From positions 550,318 through 605,389 of the forward strand of contig CAZFHY010000001.1 of assembly GCA_964519305.1 (NCBI GenBank): a DNA stretch of 55,072 nucleotides, in the 5' to 3' direction. Shown one piece after another: positions 9,413-17,298 of this stretch. Position 1 is the stretch's first letter; each line of letters begins with the position of its first letter. This DNA is from Candidatus Undinarchaeota archaeon (GTDB taxonomy: Archaea; SpSt-1190; JASMDC01). The position numbers and the translations under genes are program-made. The notes below the pieces were generated by a model, which worked only from the letters and a program-made list of their open reading frames with translations, ran no database searches and had not been told where the DNA came from.

Positions 9413-10223
9413 GGCCGTCATGGACACCAAGGAACTCGCTAAGCTGGCGCGAGCGCTGGCGAACCCGCTCCGTGAAGAGGCGGTCCGCCGGGCGCTCACC
9501 TTCGAGTTCGTCACCCAGGCCAACATCCGTGCCGACTTCCGTCTCTCGGAGCGCACGGTACACGATCACTTCAAGACACTCATCGAGGCAGGTGTGCTCT
9601 ACGAGCGCAAGTCCACGGAGGGCAAGACCTACCACGTCAAGGACGAGATCCGCGATACCGTAGAGCGGCTGGTGACAGGACGGTCAGGACCACGCCCCCC
9701 TGCTGTTTGGCGAGTGTTCGATGATGACGACAAGACCTACCCCTTCGCCGACTGGATCAACAACGCTCTTCGTAAGGGCGACACGGCATATTACCTGTAC
9801 GGTGAACAAGAGGTACGGTACCTTCACGGTTGGGTGCTCGGTAAGGCATCCTTCGGCACAGGACCTTCCCCCAAGGAGCTCAAGAAACGAGGGATAGACC
9901 TGCGGATCCTGACATCGGTCACCCACGAGAACCTACGGGAGATATCATCCCTCAAACAGTACTTCACCATCCGCCACTGTGAAGAGAACATCTTCAACCT
10001 ACGCCTCATCCTAAAGGGGCGCCGGCACGTTTTCCTCTGGTTCACGAAGATGGCCGCCGAGGGGACGCATGGGAGGAGCATCTGCACATGGTTCTCTGGT
10101 GAGGAGACGTTCGATGCATTCTACTCGGTGTACGAAGGCCTGTGGGAGCGGTCGGTACCGCTCATGGACCGAGTGAAGGTACTTCTCGACGAGCAGGACC
10201 GGATGGAAGGTAGGAAGAAGTAG
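9405..10223 (+). CDS. ArsR-type wHTH regulator with TrmB/PLD-like C-terminal domain (paralog)
   Basis: ALANPLR...HFKTLIEAGVL HTH; RGIDLRILTSVTHEN...IRH, YEGLWERS; SD GGAGGTG 7 nt before ATG 9405; overlaps the upstream stop. Confidence 0.8.
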   Translation: MTEAVMDTKELAKLARALANPLREEAVRRALTFEFVTQANIRADFRLSERTVHDHFKTLIEAGVLYERKSTEGKTYHVKDEIRDTVERLVTGRSGPRPPAVWRVFDDDDKTYPFADWINNALRKGDTAYYLYGEQEVRYLHGWVLGKASFGTGPSPKELKKRGIDLRILTSVTHENLREISSLKQYFTIRHCEENIFNLRLILKGRRHVFLWFTKMAAEGTHGRSICTWFSGEETFDAFYSVYEGLWERSVPLMDRVKVLLDEQDRMEGRKK

Positions 10224-10256
10224 CCCGGACCTTCCTGAACGAGGACTGTGATCCCT

Positions 10257-10766
10257 ATGGATGACTCGATTACAGGAAAGCTCATCGCGATGCTGCTAGT
10301 AGGCCTCGTTATCGGTGTGGCTGTGGGACTGCGGTTCGCCGCGGGGGAGCTTGCGCAGTGTCGGGACGCGGGCCGGCCCCCGGACAACTCCCGCGGTACC
10401 GTTGATGTCACTCCCGGCTCGACCCTAGTAAGCGGTAAAGGGATGACAGTGCAACCGACCGGTCCCGATGGACAGCCCGTTGGGCAACCTGTACCCATGG
10501 AGGGGGGATTCACGTATACTGCAGTACTTGGTTCGGGAGAGGTCGGCGTGAACCCGGAGAGCGAGATCCCTCCGGTGGGTGAGGCCGACGAGGAAGAAGA
10601 GGACACCGAGGATGAGGATGCGGAGGACGTGAGAGATGAGGAGACCGGGGATGAGGACAAGGCAGAAGAGGAAGCCGAAGATAACGATGAACCGGAGGAG
10701 AGATGGGAGGAGACCGGGGATGAGGGTGAGGCGGAAGAGATAGCGGAGGTAGGACAGGTTGGATGA
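10257..10766 (+). CDS. Glycine-zipper membrane-anchored protein 1, very acidic tail
   Basis: MDDSITGKLIAMLLVGLVIGVAVG...C35; GTGAT-N4-ATG; D/E-rich C-terminus containing a 19-bp direct repeat (10638-10656 and 10707-10725). Confidence 0.75.
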   Translation: MDDSITGKLIAMLLVGLVIGVAVGLRFAAGELAQCRDAGRPPDNSRGTVDVTPGSTLVSGKGMTVQPTGPDGQPVGQPVPMEGGFTYTAVLGSGEVGVNPESEIPPVGEADEEEEDTEDEDAEDVRDEETGDEDKAEEEAEDNDEPEERWEETGDEGEAEEIAEVGQVG

Positions 10767-11037
10767 CATCATGACAGGCAAGCTCATCGCCATGCTATTG
10801 GTAGGCATCGTTATCGGTGTGGCCATAGGACAGCAGTTCAACAGGGCCGAGCTCGAAGAGTGCCATGCATCCAACACTCCGCCGGCGAACTTCGAAGTCC
10901 CTGGTGACTTCGACGGATCCTTCTCGCCCGATGAAGGCATAGATCCCAATAGTGGCGCCGACAGTATCGACGAGGGGCTCAACACCATCCTCGAGGCATC
11001 CTCTGAGATAGGGGACTCCCTGGTGGGGGCCAGATAG
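10759..11037 (+). CDS. Glycine-zipper membrane-anchored protein 2
   Basis: TTG start with SD GGAGGT; N-terminus paralogous to both neighbours. Confidence 0.75.
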   Translation: MDDIMTGKLIAMLLVGIVIGVAIGQQFNRAELEECHASNTPPANFEVPGDFDGSFSPDEGIDPNSGADSIDEGLNTILEASSEIGDSLVGAR

Positions 11038-11050
11038 GAGGAGAAGCACT

Positions 11051-11296
11051 ATGGACGATTCACTGATTGGAAAGCTCATCGCCATGCTCTTGGTAGGCCT
11101 CGTAATCGGTGTTGCCGTGGGGCAGCAGTTCGCCGCGGGGGAGCGGGCACCATGCGTCCCGCCGACCGACACCACACCCACCTGCACTCCTTGCCCGGAG
11201 GAGGTGCAGCAGGACGCCCCCGAGGGCACCAGCGGTAACTTCACGGTGGAGAGAACCGAGATTGTAGCAGTTCCTACTCCCGGAACCGGTTCGTGA
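11051..11296 (+). CDS. Glycine-zipper membrane-anchored protein 3
   Basis: SD AGGAGG; paralogous N-terminus; Pro/Thr-rich tail with CTPC. Confidence 0.75.
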   Translation: MDDSLIGKLIAMLLVGLVIGVAVGQQFAAGERAPCVPPTDTTPTCTPCPEEVQQDAPEGTSGNFTVERTEIVAVPTPGTGS

Positions 11297-12878
11297 TCGG
11301 CATCCGTCGCCCCGAGCCGAAGGCCCTGGTCGTGACCTTGATGCCCAGAGTGGCCTGATAGCGCTTGTACTCGTTGGCGTCCACACGACGGACGACGTCA
11401 CGCACGACCGCTTCAGGGAATCCCTTTTCGACGATGGCATCAAGGGGGAGGTGGTCCTCGACGTACGCGGCAAGGATAGGATCGAGCACTTCGTACGGGG
11501 GCAGGTCGTCGTCGTCGCGCTGGTCCGGTCGCAGTTCGGCGGATGGAGGTTTATCGATAATGGTCTGCGGGATCAGCTCGCCCCCGGCCTCCTCGTTGAT
11601 GAACCGGGCGAGCGCGAACACCCGGGTCTTGGGGACGTCAGAGATGAGGGCCAGGCCACCGGCCATGTCCCCGTAAAGGGTGGCATAGCCGACCGCCATC
11701 TCTGACTTGTTCCCCGTGGTGAGCACAAGATGACCGAACTTGTTGGACAGTGCCATGAGGATGTTCCCGCGGACGCGCGCCTGGACGTTCTCCTCGGCGA
11801 CACCGGGCTCCGTCCCTTCGAAGAAGGGCGCAAGTGCACCTACATAGCTATCGACCATCGAGGTAATGGGCACCTCGTGGAACTCGATGCCCAGGTTCTC
11901 GGCCAGCTGCAGCGAATGGTCCACGCTCCCTTTCGACGAGACCGCACTGGGCATCGTAACGCCGACGACAGCGTCAGGCCCAAGTGCCCGGACCGCGAGC
12001 GCGGTAACGACCGCTGAATCGATCCCGCCCGACAGCCCCACGACGCATCGCTCGAAACGGTTCTTGCGTGCATAGTCCCGAAGACCGAGGCAGAGGGCAT
12101 CGGCCACCTCCTCATCTTGATCGACCGGGGCTGCGACTGGACCTTTGCCATCCTCGACCAGGAGTAGTTTATCGGTGAAGCGGGGAGCGCGGGCCACGAT
12201 CCTGCCATCGTCGGCCATGACGAAGCTCCCGCCATCGAATACCAGGTCGTCCTGGCCACCCACGAGGTTGACATACACCAACGGACGCCGGACCTGCTCT
12301 ACCAGGCGTCGGACGACGCCCTCCCTCTCGGTCCCCTTGCCCAAATGGAAGGGTGAGGCCGATATGTTCACGACCATGTCAGCGTTCCGTGCGATCTCGT
12401 CCCGGGCAGTGTCATCCACCCAGATGTCCTCGCACACGGTAACGAGCACGGTCTGTCCCGATATCTCTACGAGCTCCCATCGTGATGCAGGAGTGAAGTA
12501 GCGCTTCTCGTCGAAGACATCGTAGTTGGGCAGGTGGGTCTTGTCACAGTAGGCGACGATCTTTCCGTCGGTGCACACGGCCGCAGTGTTGAATAGCGCG
12601 TCCCCTTCCTGTCGCACAGTGCCGACTATCGCCGTGATGCCCTTTGTGGCCCGGGCGATCATCTCCAGCGACCGGTCACATCGCTCGATGAACGTCGGTT
12701 TGAGCAGGAGGTCCCGGGGAGGATATCCGGGGATGACTAGCTCGGGGAACACAATAAGGTCGGCCTGCGACGCCCGGGCGACGGTCACGGTCCCGGCCAC
12801 GATGGTGGCGTTCCTCTCGACGTCGCCGACCGCCGGGTCCACCTGTGCCAGTGCGACGGTGATGTCGGCCAGCGCCAT
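11274..12878 (-). CDS. nadE: Glutamine-dependent NAD+ synthetase (nitrilase + synthetase domains)
   Basis: FPE, HLPNYDVFDEKRYF, VCEDIW, GLSGGIDS, ENVQARVRG, TGNKSE, PPSAEL; start at ATG 12878. Confidence 0.95.
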   Translation of the reverse strand: MALADITVALAQVDPAVGDVERNATIVAGTVTVARASQADLIVFPELVIPGYPPRDLLLKPTFIERCDRSLEMIARATKGITAIVGTVRQEGDALFNTAAVCTDGKIVAYCDKTHLPNYDVFDEKRYFTPASRWELVEISGQTVLVTVCEDIWVDDTARDEIARNADMVVNISASPFHLGKGTEREGVVRRLVEQVRRPLVYVNLVGGQDDLVFDGGSFVMADDGRIVARAPRFTDKLLLVEDGKGPVAAPVDQDEEVADALCLGLRDYARKNRFERCVVGLSGGIDSAVVTALAVRALGPDAVVGVTMPSAVSSKGSVDHSLQLAENLGIEFHEVPITSMVDSYVGALAPFFEGTEPGVAEENVQARVRGNILMALSNKFGHLVLTTGNKSEMAVGYATLYGDMAGGLALISDVPKTRVFALARFINEEAGGELIPQTIIDKPPSAELRPDQRDDDDLPPYEVLDPILAAYVEDHLPLDAIVEKGFPEAVVRDVVRRVDANEYKRYQATLGIKVTTRAFGSGRRMPITNRFRE

Positions 12879-12901
12879 CGGTCGAGGATTGCACTGGTAG
12901 G

Positions 12902-12909
12902 TATTTAAT
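12902..12909. promoter_or_regulatory. Bidirectional TATA box (nadE / asnB-like)
   Basis: TATTTAAT centred about 27 nt from both start codons (12878 and 12932). Confidence 0.6.
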
Positions 12910-12931
12910 CGTTGTCCCCTGATGACCACTG

Positions 12932-14314
12932 GTGGCAGGTATCGCAGGCTCCTTCGGCCCAACGGGCTCGGGAGAGGTTGTGGCGGCCATGTTGCGCTGC
13001 ATGACCCACCGGGGGCCGGACGGCGCGTCACTCTCATGCGGCGTGCTCGCCTCGGAGGGCTCGGCAGCAATGGGTCATGCACGGCTCGACGCCGTGGACC
13101 GAGAACCCCAACCTGTCCGGGGCGCAGGAACCCTGGTCATGGACGGTGAGCCCTACGGGCCGGATGGACCGATGGACGCTACCACCCTTCTCGAAGCGCT
13201 TGACCTCGCCTGGCCAGGTCCGGAGACGGTGCTGGACGCTCTCGACGGACCGTACGCTCTGGCCTATTGGCGGGGCCATGAGGTGATCATTTCACGGGAT
13301 CCGTTGGGGGTCAAGCCGCTTTGGTACTCCTTCTGCACCGGTCTCGCCTTCGCCTCCGAGCGGCAGGCGCTGGAAGCGGTGGAACTGATAAATCCGCTCC
13401 CGCTCGAGCCCCGGTCACTGCTCAGGTATAATGTCCCCTCTGACCGACCGGAACTGTTGACGCGTGACGTGCCGTGGCTCGCGCCCGATAATGCTCCCTT
13501 GGCCAAAGGGCTCCCTCCCGCCGAACGTCTCATCGACCTCCTGACGGAGTCCGTGACCAAGCGCTTGACCCATCGCCCACCGGGCCCGGTCGGCGTGCTC
13601 CTGTCAGGCGGTGTCGACTCCACCGTTGTAGCACGGCTCCTGATGGACACGGGGGCGGATGTCCGCGGGTACGTGGCCGTGCTCGACGAACCGGGCCTGA
13701 AGGAGGCTGCCGACCTCGAGGGCGCACAACTGGCGGCGAACCATCTGGGCATCCCGCTCCATGTAGAGCGCGTGACCGTGGGCGGTGTCGAGGCGCTCCT
13801 CCCACGCATCGTCCCGCGGGTAGGCCACGACGCTCTTGTAGGTGTGGCTCTGGCGCTCCATCTCGGTCTTTCAGCGGCCCACAGGGATGGTGTCCGTGTC
13901 GTGTTCGCAGGCCAGGGTGCTGACGAGCTGTTCGGAGGCTATGCCCGCCACCGCACGGCCCAGGACCTTACTGGCGCTTGTCGACGGGACGTGCTGGACA
14001 TCTGGCGTCGCGACACCCTTCGTGACGATCTCGTCGCTGCGGGTTGCAGTATTGCGTTGCGCACGCCCTTCCTGGACCCGGGAGTCGTCCGGTTCGCAAT
14101 CTCCCTCCCTGACACCATGCTCAGGGACACCGACGTCAACAAGGTCGTGCTCCGGCAGGCCGCCTCCGTTCTCGGCCTCCCCGAAGAAATCGCCCTGCGG
14201 CCCAAGCGCGCAGCCCAGTACGGGAGCAGGTTGGACCATGCGATCGCCCGATTAGCTAAGCTCGCTGATGTTCCCCGGAACGAATACCTCGCACAGTTCG
14301 CTACGGGAGTGTAA
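12932..14314 (+). CDS. Asparagine synthetase B-like protein, N-terminal catalytic Cys absent
   Basis: GHARL, RDPLGVKPL, LSGGVDS, GQGADELFGGY, RTPFLD, RPKRAAQYGS; begins MAGIAG instead of MCGIAG. Confidence 0.88.
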   Translation: MAGIAGSFGPTGSGEVVAAMLRCMTHRGPDGASLSCGVLASEGSAAMGHARLDAVDREPQPVRGAGTLVMDGEPYGPDGPMDATTLLEALDLAWPGPETVLDALDGPYALAYWRGHEVIISRDPLGVKPLWYSFCTGLAFASERQALEAVELINPLPLEPRSLLRYNVPSDRPELLTRDVPWLAPDNAPLAKGLPPAERLIDLLTESVTKRLTHRPPGPVGVLLSGGVDSTVVARLLMDTGADVRGYVAVLDEPGLKEAADLEGAQLAANHLGIPLHVERVTVGGVEALLPRIVPRVGHDALVGVALALHLGLSAAHRDGVRVVFAGQGADELFGGYARHRTAQDLTGACRRDVLDIWRRDTLRDDLVAAGCSIALRTPFLDPGVVRFAISLPDTMLRDTDVNKVVLRQAASVLGLPEEIALRPKRAAQYGSRLDHAIARLAKLADVPRNEYLAQFATGV

Positions 14315-14343
14315 GCTCGGTGAGGGCTCGAGGATCATTGCCC

Positions 14344-17289
14344 TTACTGTGATTTATACTGTTGCTGTTGCCGCTGATAATAGTCGTAGCGGTAGTAGGG
14401 CCGGTTGTACTGATAGGAACCATAGGTGCTCTGCTGTGTCTGGTACCCGGCCCCGCGTGTTTGGGTCGTAGTCGCCGAAATGGCGGCCTGTGCTGCTGTT
14501 GAGGCGTCTTTCGCCTTGGCCGCGGCCTGTCGCGAGATGACGAACAGCCCAACACCACCGGCAAGTACTGCCAGGACACCTACGAACATTATGAACCTCC
14601 CCCATCCGCCCTCTTCCTTAGGCACTGACGTGGCGAGCGTGCGGAATGTCTCCATCTCGGTCCGGGCTTGTACCAGGTGGGCCTGTGCCCCCATCATGTC
14701 GCCTGAATCGGCCAGCCGGCGGGCCTCATCGAGCTCGTCCTGAGCGGTCTTCAGGTGGTTCTGGAGGCGCTCCTCGAGCATGGCGAACTGTGTCGAGCTC
14801 ACCTCCTTCTTCATGGTAGCGAAACGCTCCAGCTCGACCTCGATGTTACCCTCCGCCTCGTCGAGCTCCTCGCCGATACCCTTGGCGATCGCTTTCTCGT
14901 CACCGATCGAGACAGTCACGGTCCCGCTCCCCTTCGGCCCCTCCTTGGAGACCACTTCCACCTTGGCCGTGAAGCTCCCCTGCTCCTCAATTGCGAAAGA
15001 TATTGCGAATGTAGCATGGGCGCCCGCAGGGATGGCCGCCGCCCGTGTCTTGTCGGGTTTGCCAGGGATCCCGGTCAGGTTCAGGATTACATCATGGAGC
15101 TCCACGCTCCCTGTGTTCCGCACCCTGATATTGAACGAGCCCTCCTTACCGATCGCGGCGAACACCGTCCCCGTCGGGAGGTCGACTGCCATGGACGGTA
15201 CACACTCGCAATCGTCGGAACAGCTCTTACAATCCTCGCCGGGCTGGCAGGCGCCGTCACCACAATAGCCGCTCTCGGACATCACCTCTACCTCGTAGAG
15301 CGCGTACTGCGACTCGAGCCCCGTCCGTTGGATCTCGATACGAGCTTTGTACGTCCCGGTATCCGTATATTTCGGTACGGTAACCGTAGCATAGAGCTCG
15401 GTGGTAGCTCCCTTGAAGAGAGTAGGATGGGCATCCTCCAGGGTGGTCCAGTCCGCCGCAGCACCCCAGGCGATCAGCTTCGCCCGGACATCAGCGTCCC
15501 CCTCGTTCTTCACGGAGACAGTGACGGTAACGGTACCTCCGGGCGAGGTGCGCACTACCTCCGGCTCCTCGGGCACGAGCAGTCGTTGCTCCACCTCGGC
15601 CCCGCAATCGACAGGGCACGTTTCGCCATTCTCCTCCCCCTCGCACCGCTCATCACCGCACACGACAGCAGCGCATCCGGCCGCGTTGGCAAGGTCGCGC
15701 CCTATGTCGCACACCTTTCCACTTGCGCATGCGCAGTCCACGGAGATGGCGCAGGTCTCGTTGTGGTAAGCAGAGCACTCGCCGTCGCCCAGGCAGTCGT
15801 CAGTCCCGCAGTCAACGCAATGACTGGCGCATTCCCCCAGCTCGCGCTCGCACACGGCGTTCCCGCACCGCTCGTTGTAGCACCCTTTCTCGGTGGCGTT
15901 GGCGTGGTCAGGCACGCACTGCCAGTCCGTGGGACAAGTACACTGTTCCGGTGCGGTAGCGCAGTCCTCCCCCATGGCCGTGTTGCATCCAGGATCGGCC
16001 TTGCAGATGGTAAGGTTGCAGTCGGCGCACCCTGAACCGCACTCCCCCAGGTCCACATCACACACGCCGTCGCCGCATACCTTGAAGAAGCAGCCGCTGA
16101 CGTTCGCTCGTGGTTCGTCAGGATCGCATAGAGCGCCCTGGAGGCAGGGGCAGTCGATGGATACGTTGCAGTTCTCCCCGACCTTCAGGTTGCATGTCGG
16201 ATCACGAGCACACACTGTGACGTTGCATCCGGTACAGCCCTGGGCGCACTCGTCGAAGCGGGTCGTGTTCCCGCTCACAAGGTCCTTCACCTCGAAATCG
16301 CAGATATCGTCCGTGCACGTGACAAGGAAGCAACCCTGGCTGTCCGCCCGTGTATCGGCCGGATCACAGAAACCATCGGCCGCGCAGGCGCAGTCCGACG
16401 ATGTATCGCACCGCTCCCCGAGAGCAAGGGTGCATGCGCCGTCCCCAACGCACTGGGTTAGATTGCAATCGACGCATCCGGCCAGGCACTCACCCTCGTC
16501 GCATACACCATTCCCGCAGTCGGGACTGTAACACCCGCGAGGTGTGCTGGCCGGGGCCCCCGGTTCACAGCTCCAACCGACCGGGCACGGGCATAGGTCG
16601 GGATCGTTCTCGCAGTTAAGCTCCTCACCGATATCGCACGAAATCTTCTGCGAGATCGTGAGATCGAGGTCGAGGAGGCCCATGGGCGCTTCCTCGACAG
16701 TGAACGTCATGGCAAGGGCCCCGTCACCGAGGAAGGTGACATTGGGCGGTACCTGTGAACTGTGGACGAGAGTCATGTTACCATCACGGGTCGGTGCGAA
16801 CACCCCCCCGTCCGTGGTGCTGTAGCCCAGAGCCTCCATGTCCCTCACCACAAGGCTAGCTACACCGCCTCCCTCGAGGGTCAGGATGCCGGACAACGTC
16901 CAGAGCGTGGCCCCACGCGACATTGGAACGGCTGCGTCGTACTCCACGGCCACTACCTTCGAACGTCCACTCAAGAGCGGTTCGTTCAAGGCCACGACCA
17001 GTCCGGTACCTACGCCAGTGGGCGCCACCCGGACGTTCAGAGGTCGCTCCAGGTCGTACGCGACTATACTTGCTTCCTCTACCGGGAAGGGCGACTCGAT
17101 CCACCACTCGTCCAACTGTTCACCCTCAGCGCAGCAGGTAAGGTTGACCGCTACGATCACGTGGACGAAGTCACGTCCGTGAACTTCCACTTCCCACGCC
17201 ACCTCCGCAAGGCCCGGGACAGTCAGCAGGCTCACGATAACGAGCAGCTGCATGGCCATCAGGCCCGAACGTGGTGGGATCGCGTCCAT
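14344..17289 (-). CDS. Large Cys-rich type I membrane surface protein
   Basis: Signal peptide; about 4 copies of a ~70-aa CGDGxC...GExC super-repeat; two Ig/CARDB-like segments (VKNEG, VRNTG); coiled coil; TM helix; Y/Q-rich tail. Confidence 0.88.
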   Translation of the reverse strand: MDAIPPRSGLMAMQLLVIVSLLTVPGLAEVAWEVEVHGRDFVHVIVAVNLTCCAEGEQLDEWWIESPFPVEEASIVAYDLERPLNVRVAPTGVGTGLVVALNEPLLSGRSKVVAVEYDAAVPMSRGATLWTLSGILTLEGGGVASLVVRDMEALGYSTTDGGVFAPTRDGNMTLVHSSQVPPNVTFLGDGALAMTFTVEEAPMGLLDLDLTISQKISCDIGEELNCENDPDLCPCPVGWSCEPGAPASTPRGCYSPDCGNGVCDEGECLAGCVDCNLTQCVGDGACTLALGERCDTSSDCACAADGFCDPADTRADSQGCFLVTCTDDICDFEVKDLVSGNTTRFDECAQGCTGCNVTVCARDPTCNLKVGENCNVSIDCPCLQGALCDPDEPRANVSGCFFKVCGDGVCDVDLGECGSGCADCNLTICKADPGCNTAMGEDCATAPEQCTCPTDWQCVPDHANATEKGCYNERCGNAVCERELGECASHCVDCGTDDCLGDGECSAYHNETCAISVDCACASGKVCDIGRDLANAAGCAAVVCGDERCEGEENGETCPVDCGAEVEQRLLVPEEPEVVRTSPGGTVTVTVSVKNEGDADVRAKLIAWGAAADWTTLEDAHPTLFKGATTELYATVTVPKYTDTGTYKARIEIQRTGLESQYALYEVEVMSESGYCGDGACQPGEDCKSCSDDCECVPSMAVDLPTGTVFAAIGKEGSFNIRVRNTGSVELHDVILNLTGIPGKPDKTRAAAIPAGAHATFAISFAIEEQGSFTAKVEVVSKEGPKGSGTVTVSIGDEKAIAKGIGEELDEAEGNIEVELERFATMKKEVSSTQFAMLEERLQNHLKTAQDELDEARRLADSGDMMGAQAHLVQARTEMETFRTLATSVPKEEGGWGRFIMFVGVLAVLAGGVGLFVISRQAAAKAKDASTAAQAAISATTTQTRGAGYQTQQSTYGSYQYNRPYYRYDYYQRQQQQYKSQ

Positions 17290-17298
17290 GGTAATCCC

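Noticed and set aside
10257-11296. Triplet as type IV pilins or RiPP precursors modified by the AsnB-like or YcaO enzymes
   Set aside because: No [KR][GA] cleavage site precedes the hydrophobic stretch (order is G-K); the head is a TM helix; no peptidase, RRE protein or transporter is adjacent.
12932-14314. Lasso peptide cyclase cluster
   Set aside because: No B1/B2 protein or precursor nearby; the C-terminal KRAAQYGS motif fits archaeal AsnB-like proteins.
14755-16035. Long alternative-frame ORFs (also 1284..2114, 1286..2170, 5213..6142, 22082..23017, 34655..35116 and many shorter ones)
   Set aside because: They lie antisense to well-supported genes, as expected from high GC and codon bias, and show no recognisable motifs.
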